From positions 1 to 64,000 of the forward strand of contig CAWHBU010000005.1 in NCBI GenBank assembly GCA_963827685.1: a stretch of DNA of 64,000 nt, in the 5' to 3' direction. This document shows, one piece after another, positions 50,542 through 60,633 of this stretch. Below the pieces are notes generated by a model, which saw only the letters and a list, made by a program, of their open reading frames with translations, was not told the DNA's origin and ran no database searches. Both the position numbers and the translations under genes were made by a program. The stretch is from an uncultured delta proteobacterium. GTDB lineage: Bacteria; Desulfobacterota; BSN033; UBA1163. Numbering within the stretch: position 1 is the stretch's first letter; each line of letters opens with the position of its first letter.

Positions 50542-51963
50542 TCATGTTGTGACCCATCTCAAATATGGGTAACCGATGACAAGGAAAACAATAAGAAATA
50601 TCAGTCCGAAGATCAGTCCCAGGATCCAGAAATCCTTACGTTCTATATACCCACTTCCATAATAGATGGGGGACGGCCCTGTTGCATAGGGTGTTATGAT
50701 ACCCATAAGCCCTAGCGTATAACAAAACATTAAGGCGAGGAGTTTTATGGGCATTTCAGGCACGGCTATGGCGGCTGCTAAGAATACCGGGAGCAAAGCC
50801 GTTGTATGCGCCGTCAGACTGGCAAACATATAATGGACAAGGAAGAAGATAGCGACAAGAAACCCTACCATCATTACAATAGGCATACCCCTCAGAACTC
50901 CTGTGGTGATTGCAGCAAACCAATCGAGGAATTTCACCAATCTCAGACCATCGGCCAGGGTGACGAGTGTGGCAAACCAGACCAGCACGTTCCATGCTTG
51001 TTTATAACTCAAGACATCATCCCACTTGATAATACCCGTAAGGATCATAAGGCAAAGCACCATGAGGGCTACTGTCGTAGCATCAAACCATCTGGAGCCA
51101 AAAATCCACAGGCTGAGGGCGCAGATACCGAGGAGGGCCATGATCAATTCTTTTCGTGTTATTTTACCTGCTTTAGACAATTCCTGGTTAGCCCAAACCA
51201 CTACATCCTCGCTGACTTTCACAACAGGTGGGTAGATCTTATAGACAAGAAAAGGTACAACCAGAAAAAGTACTAACCCAACCGGTAAAAAACCGACAAA
51301 CCATTCGCTCCAGGTGATGCTTACCTTTGCAGTTTTATTAACCAGCTCCAAGGCCAGGAGGTTAGGCGCCAGGCCGGTTAAGAACATGGAACTCGTAACA
51401 CAAGTGGATGCAAGCGCTGTCCACATAATGTAGGAACCAATTTTGCGCGCTGTCTCCCCGGGGAGAGACCCATAAAGGGGTGGGATATTTTTGATAATGG
51501 GAAAGATCGTACCTCCACTGCGGGCTGTGTTGGAGGGGGTGAAAGGGGCCAGAATCAAGTCCGCGATAGCTACTGCATAACCAAGACCCAATGTCTTCTT
51601 CCCCAGTAATTTCACCAGATTCAGAGCAATACGACGCCCCAAACCTGTCTTTTCATAACCCATGGCAAACATATATGCGATAAAGATCAGCCATACCGTC
51701 CCGTTGCTAAATCCAGAAAGCACCCACCTTAACGAATCGGCCGGTTTAGGAGTTACAATAAGTAAGCTTCCCGCCAGGGTAACACCTATAACCCCCACTG
51801 CTCCTGCTGCTATTGGTTCCAGAATCAAGGCTACAATTACGGCAGTGAACAAGGCAAAATAATACCAGGCCTTCGGCTGCAAACCTTGGGGAACAGGAAT
51901 TAAACAAATCGCTATCGCTATAAGCACTGGTACAATTGCTCTCCAATACGACAACTTTTTCAT
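50542..51963 (-). CDS. DASS-family di/tricarboxylate transporter (CitT/TtdT-like)
   Basis: TGLGRRIAL, PSNTARSGG, HYMFASLTAH, TPYATGP. Confidence 0.92.
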   Translation of the reverse strand: MKKLSYWRAIVPVLIAIAICLIPVPQGLQPKAWYYFALFTAVIVALILEPIAAGAVGVIGVTLAGSLLIVTPKPADSLRWVLSGFSNGTVWLIFIAYMFAMGYEKTGLGRRIALNLVKLLGKKTLGLGYAVAIADLILAPFTPSNTARSGGTIFPIIKNIPPLYGSLPGETARKIGSYIMWTALASTCVTSSMFLTGLAPNLLALELVNKTAKVSITWSEWFVGFLPVGLVLFLVVPFLVYKIYPPVVKVSEDVVVWANQELSKAGKITRKELIMALLGICALSLWIFGSRWFDATTVALMVLCLMILTGIIKWDDVLSYKQAWNVLVWFATLVTLADGLRLVKFLDWFAAITTGVLRGMPIVMMVGFLVAIFFLVHYMFASLTAHTTALLPVFLAAAIAVPEMPIKLLALMFCYTLGLMGIITPYATGPSPIYYGSGYIERKDFWILGLIFGLIFLIVFLVIGYPYLRWVTT

Positions 51964-52400
51964 TTTGATTCCTCCCTGTATGATTTTATTTTTTTCATGG
52001 TCCACCTCCCTTTGTGTGAGCCCCGAGGATCAGGGCACTATTATTGAGTTAGAACCCTCCCTTCTCGATTAGAAGAGATGAACTTTTAAAGCCTCCGAAA
52101 GGGCATAATACTCTCCGATAGGTTGAGATCAGGTAGGGAACGCTGATTTGGAATCCTATGGTTTTATAAGAATCTACTAATTTTGAATAGAAACGTCAAC
52201 AAGAATTCTTGATTTCCCATTTGATGTTATCTCAAGAGAAGAATTGATGGTAGGAGGAAAAAATCAACACCAAACTTGATATTGCCTGGAAGGTCGAATT
52301 TGGATTTTCACAACTAATTTCTTCAGATCCTTTTGAAATCCCTCGATCCTCTATCGGGAACCCGCCTCAATTTCTCAAAGGACTCTTCCGTTGCCGAAAG

Positions 52401-53288
52401 CTATATCAGCACCTCTTCCATCCAGCCGAGTTTGATCAGCTGAATGCGGCTCAAGTCACTGACCCCGAGGTGATATTTTTTATCTGCCACCATGATATGG
52501 ATGGGGGGGACATCCAGAGCCCGGTCTTCGCCGAAAAAGGCGATCCGCTTTACCTGGAGGAGATGGGCACCTATTGCGTCTACAGCAACGGGATCGGTTC
52601 CCACAATCAGCCCCTTATAGGGCCACACGTATCTCTTGTCGAAGAAACTGGCTCCCCTTCCATAAAATTGGGGCGTGAGGACACTGAGGATATTCAGGCG
52701 CGTCTTTCCCTTTACGATCGGATAAGTCCAAATTTTGCCCAGGGGCGAGCACCCCTCATCATGGTAGGCTGAAGGGTTGGGGACAAACTGGATGTAATTC
52801 TTCAGGCAGGTACCGACCCCGGACCAGTGATGCGTCCTCAACGGTCGCACATTGACAAGCGCAGTAGCGTTAAGGAAGATCGGATTATTCAGCACTCCCC
52901 GGTCATCGATGTCGATATTTTTCTCCGCCACTCCCACATCTAGCAGCCGGCGCTTAATAGCCGCTTCCAATTCTTTGGGGGTCCGCAGCTTCTGCCATTC
53001 GTTGCTTTTAATCCCCACCACATCTGAACTCTTGAAAAGTTTCTTCCATGCCTCCATGGGCTTATCAGTTCCCAGGAGACTCTTAACGGCTTCATCCAGC
53101 ATCGATTGCAAGATCTCCTCCTGCACTTTGTCTTGGGGTCCTAATACCCCCGCATTCCGGATGAGGACCACTTTCGCCGTTGTTTCTGCCCGAGCTTCTC
53201 CCAGGATCCCTGACCCCAAGGTAGCAGCCATCGCAGTTCCGGCCGTCACTCGAAGAAAATCCCTACGGGTGAAGATTTTTTCTTCCAT
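52401..53288 (-). CDS. Tat-exported DUF362 family protein
   Basis: TRRDFL Tat motif; VGIK.N, LRTHHW, DPVAVD. Confidence 0.85.
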   Translation of the reverse strand: MEEKIFTRRDFLRVTAGTAMAATLGSGILGEARAETTAKVVLIRNAGVLGPQDKVQEEILQSMLDEAVKSLLGTDKPMEAWKKLFKSSDVVGIKSNEWQKLRTPKELEAAIKRRLLDVGVAEKNIDIDDRGVLNNPIFLNATALVNVRPLRTHHWSGVGTCLKNYIQFVPNPSAYHDEGCSPLGKIWTYPIVKGKTRLNILSVLTPQFYGRGASFFDKRYVWPYKGLIVGTDPVAVDAIGAHLLQVKRIAFFGEDRALDVPPIHIMVADKKYHLGVSDLSRIQLIKLGWMEEVLI

Positions 53289-53372
53289 CTAACTCAAACT
53301 CCTTTCTCTGTCGAATAGAAATACTCCTCCCCTCCTCAGAGGAGCGGAGGACTGGGTGAGAGGCACCTCCCT

Positions 53373-54290
53373 TCAACGTCCTTCAGGCAATTTTTCTTCA
53401 GTAGCCTTAAGAAGGGCCTCGGCATCAGCCTCTGTTGGAGCTCCAAAAACAATGAGAATAAATTCATTCCGCTGTCGGGCAAAAGTCCACTTCCGGTCTT
53501 CCGTTCTTGCGCGATCCATCCCTCTCACATCGGGAAGGTAAACCTTCATGAAGCTCCGGTAGGCATCTGCAGCCTCTTTCGAGTCGGGATATCGAATGAG
53601 AAGAAGTTGGGTCTTTTGTTTACCTTGAAGGTATTGAGCGAGCACGGCTTCCGTCTTCCGGCTCAGGTTTAAAATATTCTGGTGGGCTATGAAGAACCGT
53701 TGGTTCAGGAGAACATGACTCTTAAGATAGCGAAGGCTCTTATCGACCAGCCCAAGGTCTTTCCCCGGAATAAAGCCGACCAATTTCGGCTCCAGACCCA
53801 CAGCCGGGATTGAATTTGCCGCAGCCCTGCCCATCTTGAGGATTCCTGATTCAACCTCCGCTCCCTCCCCTTCTGCATAGAGGCTGACAAAATATTTACC
53901 TTTCCAGAACCGAAGCAACCCTCCCCCAAACTCCGACCCCTGACCGATTCCTACGGCTTCATCCTGATGTTCAAAAGAAAAAACCCCATAAGCATCCTCT
54001 GAAGAAGCCATTTCATAGAGTTCGAGGAGTATGGGAGGTTGATTCGATTTCTCAAACCGGCGAACCGTGAGATTCTGAAAACCATACGCCAGATAAAGCT
54101 CCGCGGCCCCATCGATGTAACTGAATAGGGTTTTAGAATTGTATTTCATCTCCTTCCCGTCCCACTTCCAGTCCCCGGCTTCTGAAGGCAGGAAAATCTC
54201 TCGACTCATTTTCCCCTTCTCTTCTCCCTTGGCCATTTCGGCTACCGTGAATATTAAAACTATGATAACAAAAAAAGTCCAAATCCGCAT
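53373..54290 (-). CDS. Exported protein (DUF6599-like)
   Basis: LFSYIDGAAELYLAYGF...YEM....AYGVFS. Confidence 0.75.
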   Translation of the reverse strand: MRIWTFFVIIVLIFTVAEMAKGEEKGKMSREIFLPSEAGDWKWDGKEMKYNSKTLFSYIDGAAELYLAYGFQNLTVRRFEKSNQPPILLELYEMASSEDAYGVFSFEHQDEAVGIGQGSEFGGGLLRFWKGKYFVSLYAEGEGAEVESGILKMGRAAANSIPAVGLEPKLVGFIPGKDLGLVDKSLRYLKSHVLLNQRFFIAHQNILNLSRKTEAVLAQYLQGKQKTQLLLIRYPDSKEAADAYRSFMKVYLPDVRGMDRARTEDRKWTFARQRNEFILIVFGAPTEADAEALLKATEEKLPEGR

Positions 54291-54299
54291 GTCAGATTA

Positions 54300-54371
54300 T
54301 TATTCCCCTCCACCCTGAAGCACCTTCACTGCCTTATTACAAATATGCATGTGAGCAACATTCGCCGGCAT
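54300..54371 (-). repeat. Copy 2 of the direct repeat / 23-aa ORF
   Basis: MPANVAHMHICNKAVKVLQGGGE*. Confidence 0.7.
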
Positions 54372-54414
54372 TATTGGTTCTTTCTAAATTTTAGAATACG
54401 AAAGCCTCCAGAAT

Positions 54415-54549
54415 TCACACCCGATAGTCGCAATCTTTTCTCATCAGGTCTTCTGTCGCAGATTTCACCTCCTTAGAAACAAGCGAAGGTCCTTTTTGAA
54501 AAGCAACAATCTTTGCCTTTTCAATACATCTCTCAAACTCGCTACTCAT
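54415..54549 (-). pseudogene. Internally deleted HEPN-family toxin remnant
   Basis: ATGA overlap with the MNT gene; 44 aa: an N-terminus ending SKEVKSATEDL joined to an R--xDY-like C-terminal motif. Confidence 0.6.
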
Positions 54550-55103
54550 CGTTTCTTCTCGTGCAGGACTGTCCCTTGATCGACCTCTTTTAAGATTAGC
54601 TCCTTCTTATTTCTCATCGAAAGATACTCTTCCACGCTTACGACGATCGATTTAATCTCTCTTTTTACCTTCTCCGTCTCCTTTCTTATTTCTCTTAATA
54701 TTTTTTCTTTATCTTTGCCTATAACAAAAAGATCAATATCGCTCTCCACCGTATCTTCGCCAGTCGCACAACTACCGTAGAGAACTATTTTGTTAGATAC
54801 TTCTCTTATTCTTAGAAGAAGTGGAATTAAATCCAGAATATTTTCAAATTTCTTAAACTCCCGCACGATGGGTTGATCCGGTACGATTCGATACAGAAAA
54901 AGCTGTCCCTTCTTCTCCCTTGTGACCACTCCCATACGAAGGAGGAATTTAAGGGTTTGATTTGTGGCTCCAACGCTTACCTCAATCGATCTGGCTATTT
55001 CTCTCTCGTAATGAGGTATATGAGGCACTCTGCAGAGGTACGAGAAGATCTTTAGGGGAACGCCTTTTAAAAGCTTCTCTTTGAAGTCCGTCTGGCTTTT
55101 CAT
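54546..55103 (-). CDS. HTH + minimal nucleotidyltransferase (MNT antitoxin)
   Basis: YEREIAR HTH; LYGSCATGED..ESDIDL. Confidence 0.9.
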   Translation of the reverse strand: MKSQTDFKEKLLKGVPLKIFSYLCRVPHIPHYEREIARSIEVSVGATNQTLKFLLRMGVVTREKKGQLFLYRIVPDQPIVREFKKFENILDLIPLLLRIREVSNKIVLYGSCATGEDTVESDIDLFVIGKDKEKILREIRKETEKVKREIKSIVVSVEEYLSMRNKKELILKEVDQGTVLHEKKR

Positions 55104-55140
55104 TTAAATATGGCAACTGTTCATTTAAATGGGATTAGTG

Positions 55141-55154
55141 TTCATTATAATGAA
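55141..55154. promoter_or_regulatory. Palindromic operator candidate upstream of the MNT gene
   Basis: TTCATTATAATGAA, plus related TTCATTTAAAT copies nearby. Confidence 0.55.
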
Positions 55155-55436
55155 TTATTACCACCCGGTCAAGCTCCGCTTTTCTCTATGCTTTTCTCCA
55201 ATGTGAACCCACCCCCAATTAGAGTTTGACTGAATAATGGAAGCACCCAATAAAATTGTGCTTCAAAAATTCAGTCAACGACTACTCAACGACTCTGAGA
55301 CCCAATAAATCAATTACTCAATGACCTAATAACTTGGTTCGAGGTTTAATCTGTTCGCTTCGCTCTATGCCCTTAGCGCCATGCTTCAGGGCAGGGCCAA
55401 CTTTTTTATGGATGCCACCCCTTGGATATGGTTTAT

Positions 55437-56153
55437 TTACCCTTTCACTGAATGCTTATGAGTTTTGACCTCCCGGGCCCCCATGGCCATGACGTTATAG
55501 ATTGACGGTAGGGTTGAAATGTAGCGGTCACATGCGTCTATTTTTTGTCCCAATAGTCTTTCCCACTCGATAATCTCGTTTGCCATCAAGCATATAACAT
55601 CAGAATAGTCGACGGTCTGAAAAAGCTTTCTCCACTGATTGTTGTCAACTGGTAGCGCCACTTCGGGAAAAACCGAGAATAGAAGCTTACTAGCCCCTAC
55701 CAACCCCAAAGATGTTTCACTCATGCATAGGGGTAGCAGTTGTTTGAACATGTACCACAATTTTCCCGCAACCTGTTTTCTTTCGACCTCCGAAACTTCA
55801 ACAAGAACTCGCTCTCGAGTGGCAATTGGCCGGCTGATTAAAAACTTTTTCAGGTCAAGGACAGATTCCCCGATGGCCTTCCATGATTCGCTTAATATTT
55901 CTCGATCATTGTCAAAACCTTTTCTATTGAACACCCTCACCCCTTTAAAAGGCCCTGTACGCGTCATTTTGAAATTAGACATAAGTTTTGCAGCATTCTT
56001 AAGAAATATGCCCTTATCTATCCGGTCTTGAGTGGCGCCGATAATTTCTTGTACGGTCAAGCTGTAACTCCGGCCGAATTTTTCCAGGCATTTTTCTATG
56101 TAAGCCTTAGGATGGGGGTTGCCTGAATTATCAAATAGGACTTTCATATTCAT
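55437..56153 (-). CDS. Hypothetical protein
   Basis: 238-aa ORF; contains ASKLLF..FPE..LPVD. Confidence 0.75.
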   Translation of the reverse strand: MNMKVLFDNSGNPHPKAYIEKCLEKFGRSYSLTVQEIIGATQDRIDKGIFLKNAAKLMSNFKMTRTGPFKGVRVFNRKGFDNDREILSESWKAIGESVLDLKKFLISRPIATRERVLVEVSEVERKQVAGKLWYMFKQLLPLCMSETSLGLVGASKLLFSVFPEVALPVDNNQWRKLFQTVDYSDVICLMANEIIEWERLLGQKIDACDRYISTLPSIYNVMAMGAREVKTHKHSVKG

Positions 56154-56195
56154 GAATTCCCTTTCAGGTTTGCACCTGATCGAAACGCGAAGAAA

Positions 56196-56993
56196 TCACT
56201 TGATCCCCAGAATCCACCCCTCGACCTCTGCCACCGTGCGCTCAGCAAGCGTCAGAGACGGCTTGAAAAACTCTGCAAGGCTGCCGTCAAGGTCAGCGTG
56301 GCGCATCCAGGCAGCGACCGAGTAGGCGTCGTGCTGATCGCCACTGCGCCCTTCTCGCTCGAAGTTGTGTCTCCACAGGGAGGGATAGACCTCCGCTATC
56401 ACCGACCGCCCGGCCAGGATATCCCAGCCGTCAAATGGCCAAAAATAGATCTGATCGTGTAACTGCTGTCGAAGATAGCGTAACCACGGCAGTCCAGCAT
56501 GGGTGGACTTTGCCACTGCCCCTTGCACATCGAAATGAAAAACTGACTTGGCCGATCTGGCTCGTACTTCAGTCAACCGCCTCCAGCGAGGGTTGCCAGT
56601 ACGGTTTGCCCCATTGCCGCATATGCCCTCACGCACGAATTCGACATAGGTATTGTCCCCGTCAGTCGGCCAGTGCCGCTGAAAGTCATCTAGAAAGGCC
56701 GGCCAATCAGGTGGCAAGCCATGAGCCTGAAAATACTGTATTGGAAATGAAAAACCATGGTCGAGGCCGACCAGCGTTACCTTTCCTTCGGAAAGCCTTT
56801 CTACCAGCCATTCAGCGATGCCGCGCCGCGTCCAATATTTGCGAGGACTTGCCGGCGGTTCAACCTCCATGGGCAAGGTTTCTCGATCCGCCATATAGAC
56901 CTGCAGACCCTTCAGACTTGATGTCGGAGTCTTTGCACCGGAATAGTCGATTCCAATGTACTGTTTAAAGGCCGGATTACGTACGCTATTCAT
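56196..56993 (-). CDS. DUF429-like predicted RNase H-fold nuclease
   Basis: IGIDYSGA, GLD.GFSFP, EVYP, HDA and EGWI motifs. Confidence 0.7.
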   Translation of the reverse strand: MNSVRNPAFKQYIGIDYSGAKTPTSSLKGLQVYMADRETLPMEVEPPASPRKYWTRRGIAEWLVERLSEGKVTLVGLDHGFSFPIQYFQAHGLPPDWPAFLDDFQRHWPTDGDNTYVEFVREGICGNGANRTGNPRWRRLTEVRARSAKSVFHFDVQGAVAKSTHAGLPWLRYLRQQLHDQIYFWPFDGWDILAGRSVIAEVYPSLWRHNFEREGRSGDQHDAYSVAAWMRHADLDGSLAEFFKPSLTLAERTVAEVEGWILGIK

Positions 56994-57371
56994 GTCTGCG
57001 GACTCCTCCTCGAAAAAAACATCTCAGCCCCACTCTCTTCTTGCATATATCGAATTATCGTTGCCCGATATCATATGGTTGACTGAATTTTTCAGTCAGG
57101 CAGGAATTAATTCGTGAGGTGGAATCAGAAAATGCCGCCCACATGACTTGACTGAAAAATTCAGCCAGGCGTTACGAACTTCCTTTGAGCTTTCAGACTT
57201 GAGCTGATCGCGATGCGTGCGTTTGCGAACGGCCAACTTTTTTATGGATGACACCAGGGATCAGTATTTAATAACCTAACTTGTTGAATGCTGAGACCGG
57301 ACCCTGAGCCGCTAATGGAAGTAATCCCAGGCTTTCCGTGGTAGCTCCGATTTCAGTGAAACTTTCATCTA

Positions 57372-57920
57372 TTAAAACCTGTTTCTGTGTAACCAACTGA
57401 ATTCGGATCGCTTCGGAGGAAGAGAGGGTTTCTCCCCTGGTTCCCCGATCTTCAGAATGGCAGCTAACTCATAATCTTCTGGAATACCAAGGATTTTTTT
57501 AACCTCCTTTTCCTGCTCCCCCCAAAAGACCACGATCCCACTTCCCAAACCATCGGCAACCGCAACCAAAGACATATTTTCGATGCAAAGCCAGGCACTT
57601 GCCGCCGCCCCTTTCTGATGGCAGACTGCAACAGCACTCGCATTCTCGAATGATTTCCTCTGACCGACCGCCCTCTCTTGAACTTTATCCTGTCCTTCTC
57701 CAGCACGAGGAGGCATCGTTAAGCTAAGCTGATACTTTCGTTCCGCAATTTGATCGATAGTCTTTTGATCATCAATAATAATGAACTCCCAGGGCTGAGA
57801 ATTTCCGGCTGAGGGTGCCTGGGTGCCCGCCAGAATAATTTTCTTGAGCTGTTCTTCCGAAGCCTTCTTCTTAAAAATGCGAATTGTTCTCCTCTTTGCG
57901 ATTACTTCATGCATTTCCAT
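57372..57920 (-). CDS. Nitroreductase family protein
   Basis: KRRTIR.F, APSAGNSQPWEF, ENMSL.A...GLGS. Confidence 0.92.
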   Translation of the reverse strand: MEMHEVIAKRRTIRIFKKKASEEQLKKIILAGTQAPSAGNSQPWEFIIIDDQKTIDQIAERKYQLSLTMPPRAGEGQDKVQERAVGQRKSFENASAVAVCHQKGAAASAWLCIENMSLVAVADGLGSGIVVFWGEQEKEVKKILGIPEDYELAAILKIGEPGEKPSLPPKRSEFSWLHRNRF

Positions 57921-58553
57921 ATGTCGTCTCCTTTCGTAAATGTTATGTATCTCTAAGCTCTATCCCGTAAGAGGCGCCAACGAAGTGAAGAATGTTGAAC
58001 GGAGTCCTTTCCTTCCCCATATATATTAAAAGTCTACATAATCAGAATGGTGGCGTCAATATCACCATTGGCTTCAGCAAGGAAGAGATCGGACACGGCT
58101 TGGAATGGATGGAAGATCTGTTCGGAGAAAGACAGGGGTTGTCACGTGAATCTCTGACTTTTTTGTAATCATCAGGTTGGCGGCATATCGTCATCTCGCT
58201 CACCCCGAGTTCTTGGCCAAGTCGACTTGAAATAAGCCTTTGCTCCGGGTTCGGCCAGGAGAAAGCGGAATCTGGGGGTAATACCATGTCTCCTGCTTCT
58301 CAACCATCGATTCCTCGATGCCCCAACAAGTGGTTTATTGTTGACGCTGTGCTCCATGCTCTTTTTAGTTTTAAATTCCGCAATCAGCAATCCGAAATCC
58401 CTGCCTCCGCCGGAGCGGCTTCGCGCAGGCAGGCGCATTCTGCAATCGAATGGGCCAACTTTTTTATGGATGACACCGAAGTTTTTGAATAATTAGTTTG
58501 TATCTATCTGTTATTAAAAAAATATGAGAACCGTCCCCAAATAATTTATCAGT

Positions 58554-59020
58554 TTATTTTTTTGAAGTCCTTTGACTTAGGTTTTTCACAAGTTCCTTGC
58601 CTAGCGCGAGGCACTTTTTCTTCGCTTCGTTGCTAATGGGACGTTCACTTCCTACCGTCTCCCCCACCTGCTGGAAGAAGCGCTGAGCAAGGGATTCGAA
58701 AGGCTGCCTCACCTTCCCGCCACCACCACAGGAAAAGAAAAGGACAGCCGGTTTTCCTTTGACAGGCTTGCCCGATTGATCCCACAGGTAAATATCATCG
58801 AAAAAGGTCTTAACCGTGCCCGCGACGTATGAGAAATAGTCAGGGGTCCCGATCGCAACCCCATCGGCGGACAAAAATTCTTCCAGCGTGACCCGCCGCT
58901 CGTTTGTGTTAATGAGGTTAACTTCAGTCCCCGCTTCCCGACCCCCTCCGCAAGTGCTTCTGCAAGCATCTTTGTATTCCCATACTGCTGGCTGTGATAA
59001 ACAACAATAATTTTCCCCAT
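58554..59020 (-). pseudogene. Flavodoxin/WrbA-like protein with a single frameshift near 58940-58950
   Basis: VVYHSQQYGNTKMLAEALAEG in one frame; ADGVAIGTPDYF...KTFFD in the next. Confidence 0.8.
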
Positions 59021-59083
59021 AGTCTTCCTCCTTAACAATAGACAATCCAAACTATTTTATGGATGACAGGTAGACGTCTTAAA

Positions 59084-59252
59084 TTATTCATTGATTGGCA
59101 GGGTATGGATTCGGAGACGAGTCTGCTCAAACACTACGACACTCCCCTGCTCCAGTGCCTCCTGGATCATCGGGAGATTTGACAACAAGAGAGCAATTTG
59201 TTTTTCTGGTCGGCGATCTGATCCCCTTCTGAAAAGAATCAAGGAACTTCAT
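59084..59252 (-). pseudogene. Internally deleted DUF5615/PIN-like toxin remnant
   Basis: ATGA overlap with DUF433; MKFL joined out of frame to [22 protein letters not shown]...[18 protein letters not shown]. Confidence 0.75.
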
Positions 59253-59479
59253 GATCCAGTCACCAGTGGGAGTTCCCGCTCTCGCACCGCCTCGGCAGCA
59301 TACCGGAGGCCTTCTTGGAGATCTTCAGCCTCGAGATCTGGATATGCTCTGAGAATCTGTTCCTTTGTCATACCATCTACTATCATCCCCACCACTGTGG
59401 CCACTGGAATGCGTAATCCCCGGATACAGGGTACGCCTCCCATCTGATTGGGATTGATTGTTATTCGTTTGAATTTCAT
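59249..59479 (-). CDS. DUF433 antitoxin
   Basis: RITINPNQMGGVPCIRGLRIPV...YPDLE.ED. Confidence 0.93.
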   Translation of the reverse strand: MKFKRITINPNQMGGVPCIRGLRIPVATVVGMIVDGMTKEQILRAYPDLEAEDLQEGLRYAAEAVRERELPLVTGS

Positions 59480-59915
59480 CTAATGAACCTCCCTGAATTT
59501 CAACTAAGTCTAAAAAAGTCGCCTTACTATAAAACTCTTTTAAATCATTATACATGAAATCTTTTATCTTCAAAAGAGAATAAATACAAACCGATGCCAT
59601 GCTCTTTGCCCTTTGCGCTATGCGCGCCGCTGTTATTAGCTTTAGATTCCGCATTCCGCAATCGCCATTCCGCATTTGAATGGGCCAACTTTTTTATGGA
59701 TGACATCATAATTCACAATTCAAGACCTGATACCAAAACTGACACCAAAACTTTGCGCTTATTACGCACCTCGCGTTGCGCATTTTGCGTTATCTTATCT
59801 CTTTGACAATTCTTCGTCAAAGGGAGTTATTCAAAATGGGCGGCCCAAAATATTGAAGGTGGTGTTGATATGGATGCTAAATTTTAAAAATGAGACGCGC
59901 CCCATTTTCAATCAC

Positions 59916-60182
59916 CTATTCATAATGAGTCCACATCCTGATGACCTTGACGGTCTTTATTTCTTGCAAGACTTGGTACACGAGACGGTGTTGAATAGTG
60001 ATGCGACGGGAATAGGCTCCAGAAAGGTCTCCGATCAGCTTTTCAAAGGGTGGAGGGGTTTGAAACGGATTTTCAGAGAGAATGTCAAGTAGTTTTTCGG
60101 CTTTCTGCCTCAGGCCTGCCGCCGCAATTTTCTTTGCGTCCTTCTGAGCTTGCCTGGTGTAGACAATCCTCCACTTTACCAT
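59916..60182 (-). CDS. Txe/YoeB family toxin
   Basis: PPPFEKL.GDLSGAYSRRITIQHRLVY...MWTHYE. Confidence 0.93.
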   Translation of the reverse strand: MVKWRIVYTRQAQKDAKKIAAAGLRQKAEKLLDILSENPFQTPPPFEKLIGDLSGAYSRRITIQHRLVYQVLQEIKTVKVIRMWTHYE

Positions 60183-60418
60183 CCAGGTTTCCCGCTGCAC
60201 TTTCTAACAGCCGTCTTGAGCCCCTTCCGAATGGATTCTCTCATGCCAGGAATAGATAAGAGATAGAGGGTTTCTTGGATGGATCGCCAGTCGCCCTCGG
60301 AAATCAAGATAGCGTTTGACCTCTTTCCCGTAATCTGAATCGGTTCGTGGGATTCTGAAGCCTCGTCGAGCAATTTATAAAGATTTGCCCGAGCTTCTGT
60401 CGCCTTAATCGTTGTCAT
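60176..60418 (-). CDS. Phd/YefM family antitoxin
   Basis: ATEARANLYKLLDE...PIQITGKR...IQETLYLLSIPGM. Confidence 0.93.
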   Translation of the reverse strand: MTTIKATEARANLYKLLDEASESHEPIQITGKRSNAILISEGDWRSIQETLYLLSIPGMRESIRKGLKTAVRKCSGKPGW

Positions 60419-60437
60419 ACGAATCACCTCAGTTTAT

Positions 60438-60466
60438 AACGTACATTAAAACGTACGCAATGTCAA
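60438..60466 (-). promoter_or_regulatory. TA promoter with overlapping GTAC operator repeats
   Basis: TTGACA-N17-TACGTT; two AACGTAC repeats. Confidence 0.6.
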
Positions 60467-60633
60467 GAGATATTCGCTTGGCTCTGAAACCAGACACCAA
60501 GTTCGGAGTGACCTAATAACCCAATAATTAGTTTAATTCCGCACTCCGCAATCCAAAATCCCTGCCTACCGGCAGGCAGGCGCATTTGGATACACCAACT
60601 TTTTTGTGGAGGCCACCATAATTCACATTTCAA

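Noticed and set aside
54390-54417. Selenocysteine readthrough of the HEPN remnant TGA
   Set aside because: A stop follows within eight codons, with no redox motif or SECIS-like hairpin.
58452-58477. Fluoride riboswitch (GATGACACC resembles its 3' end)
   Set aside because: The 5' GGNGATGG stem/pseudoknot partner is absent, and the adjacent genes are on the opposite strand.
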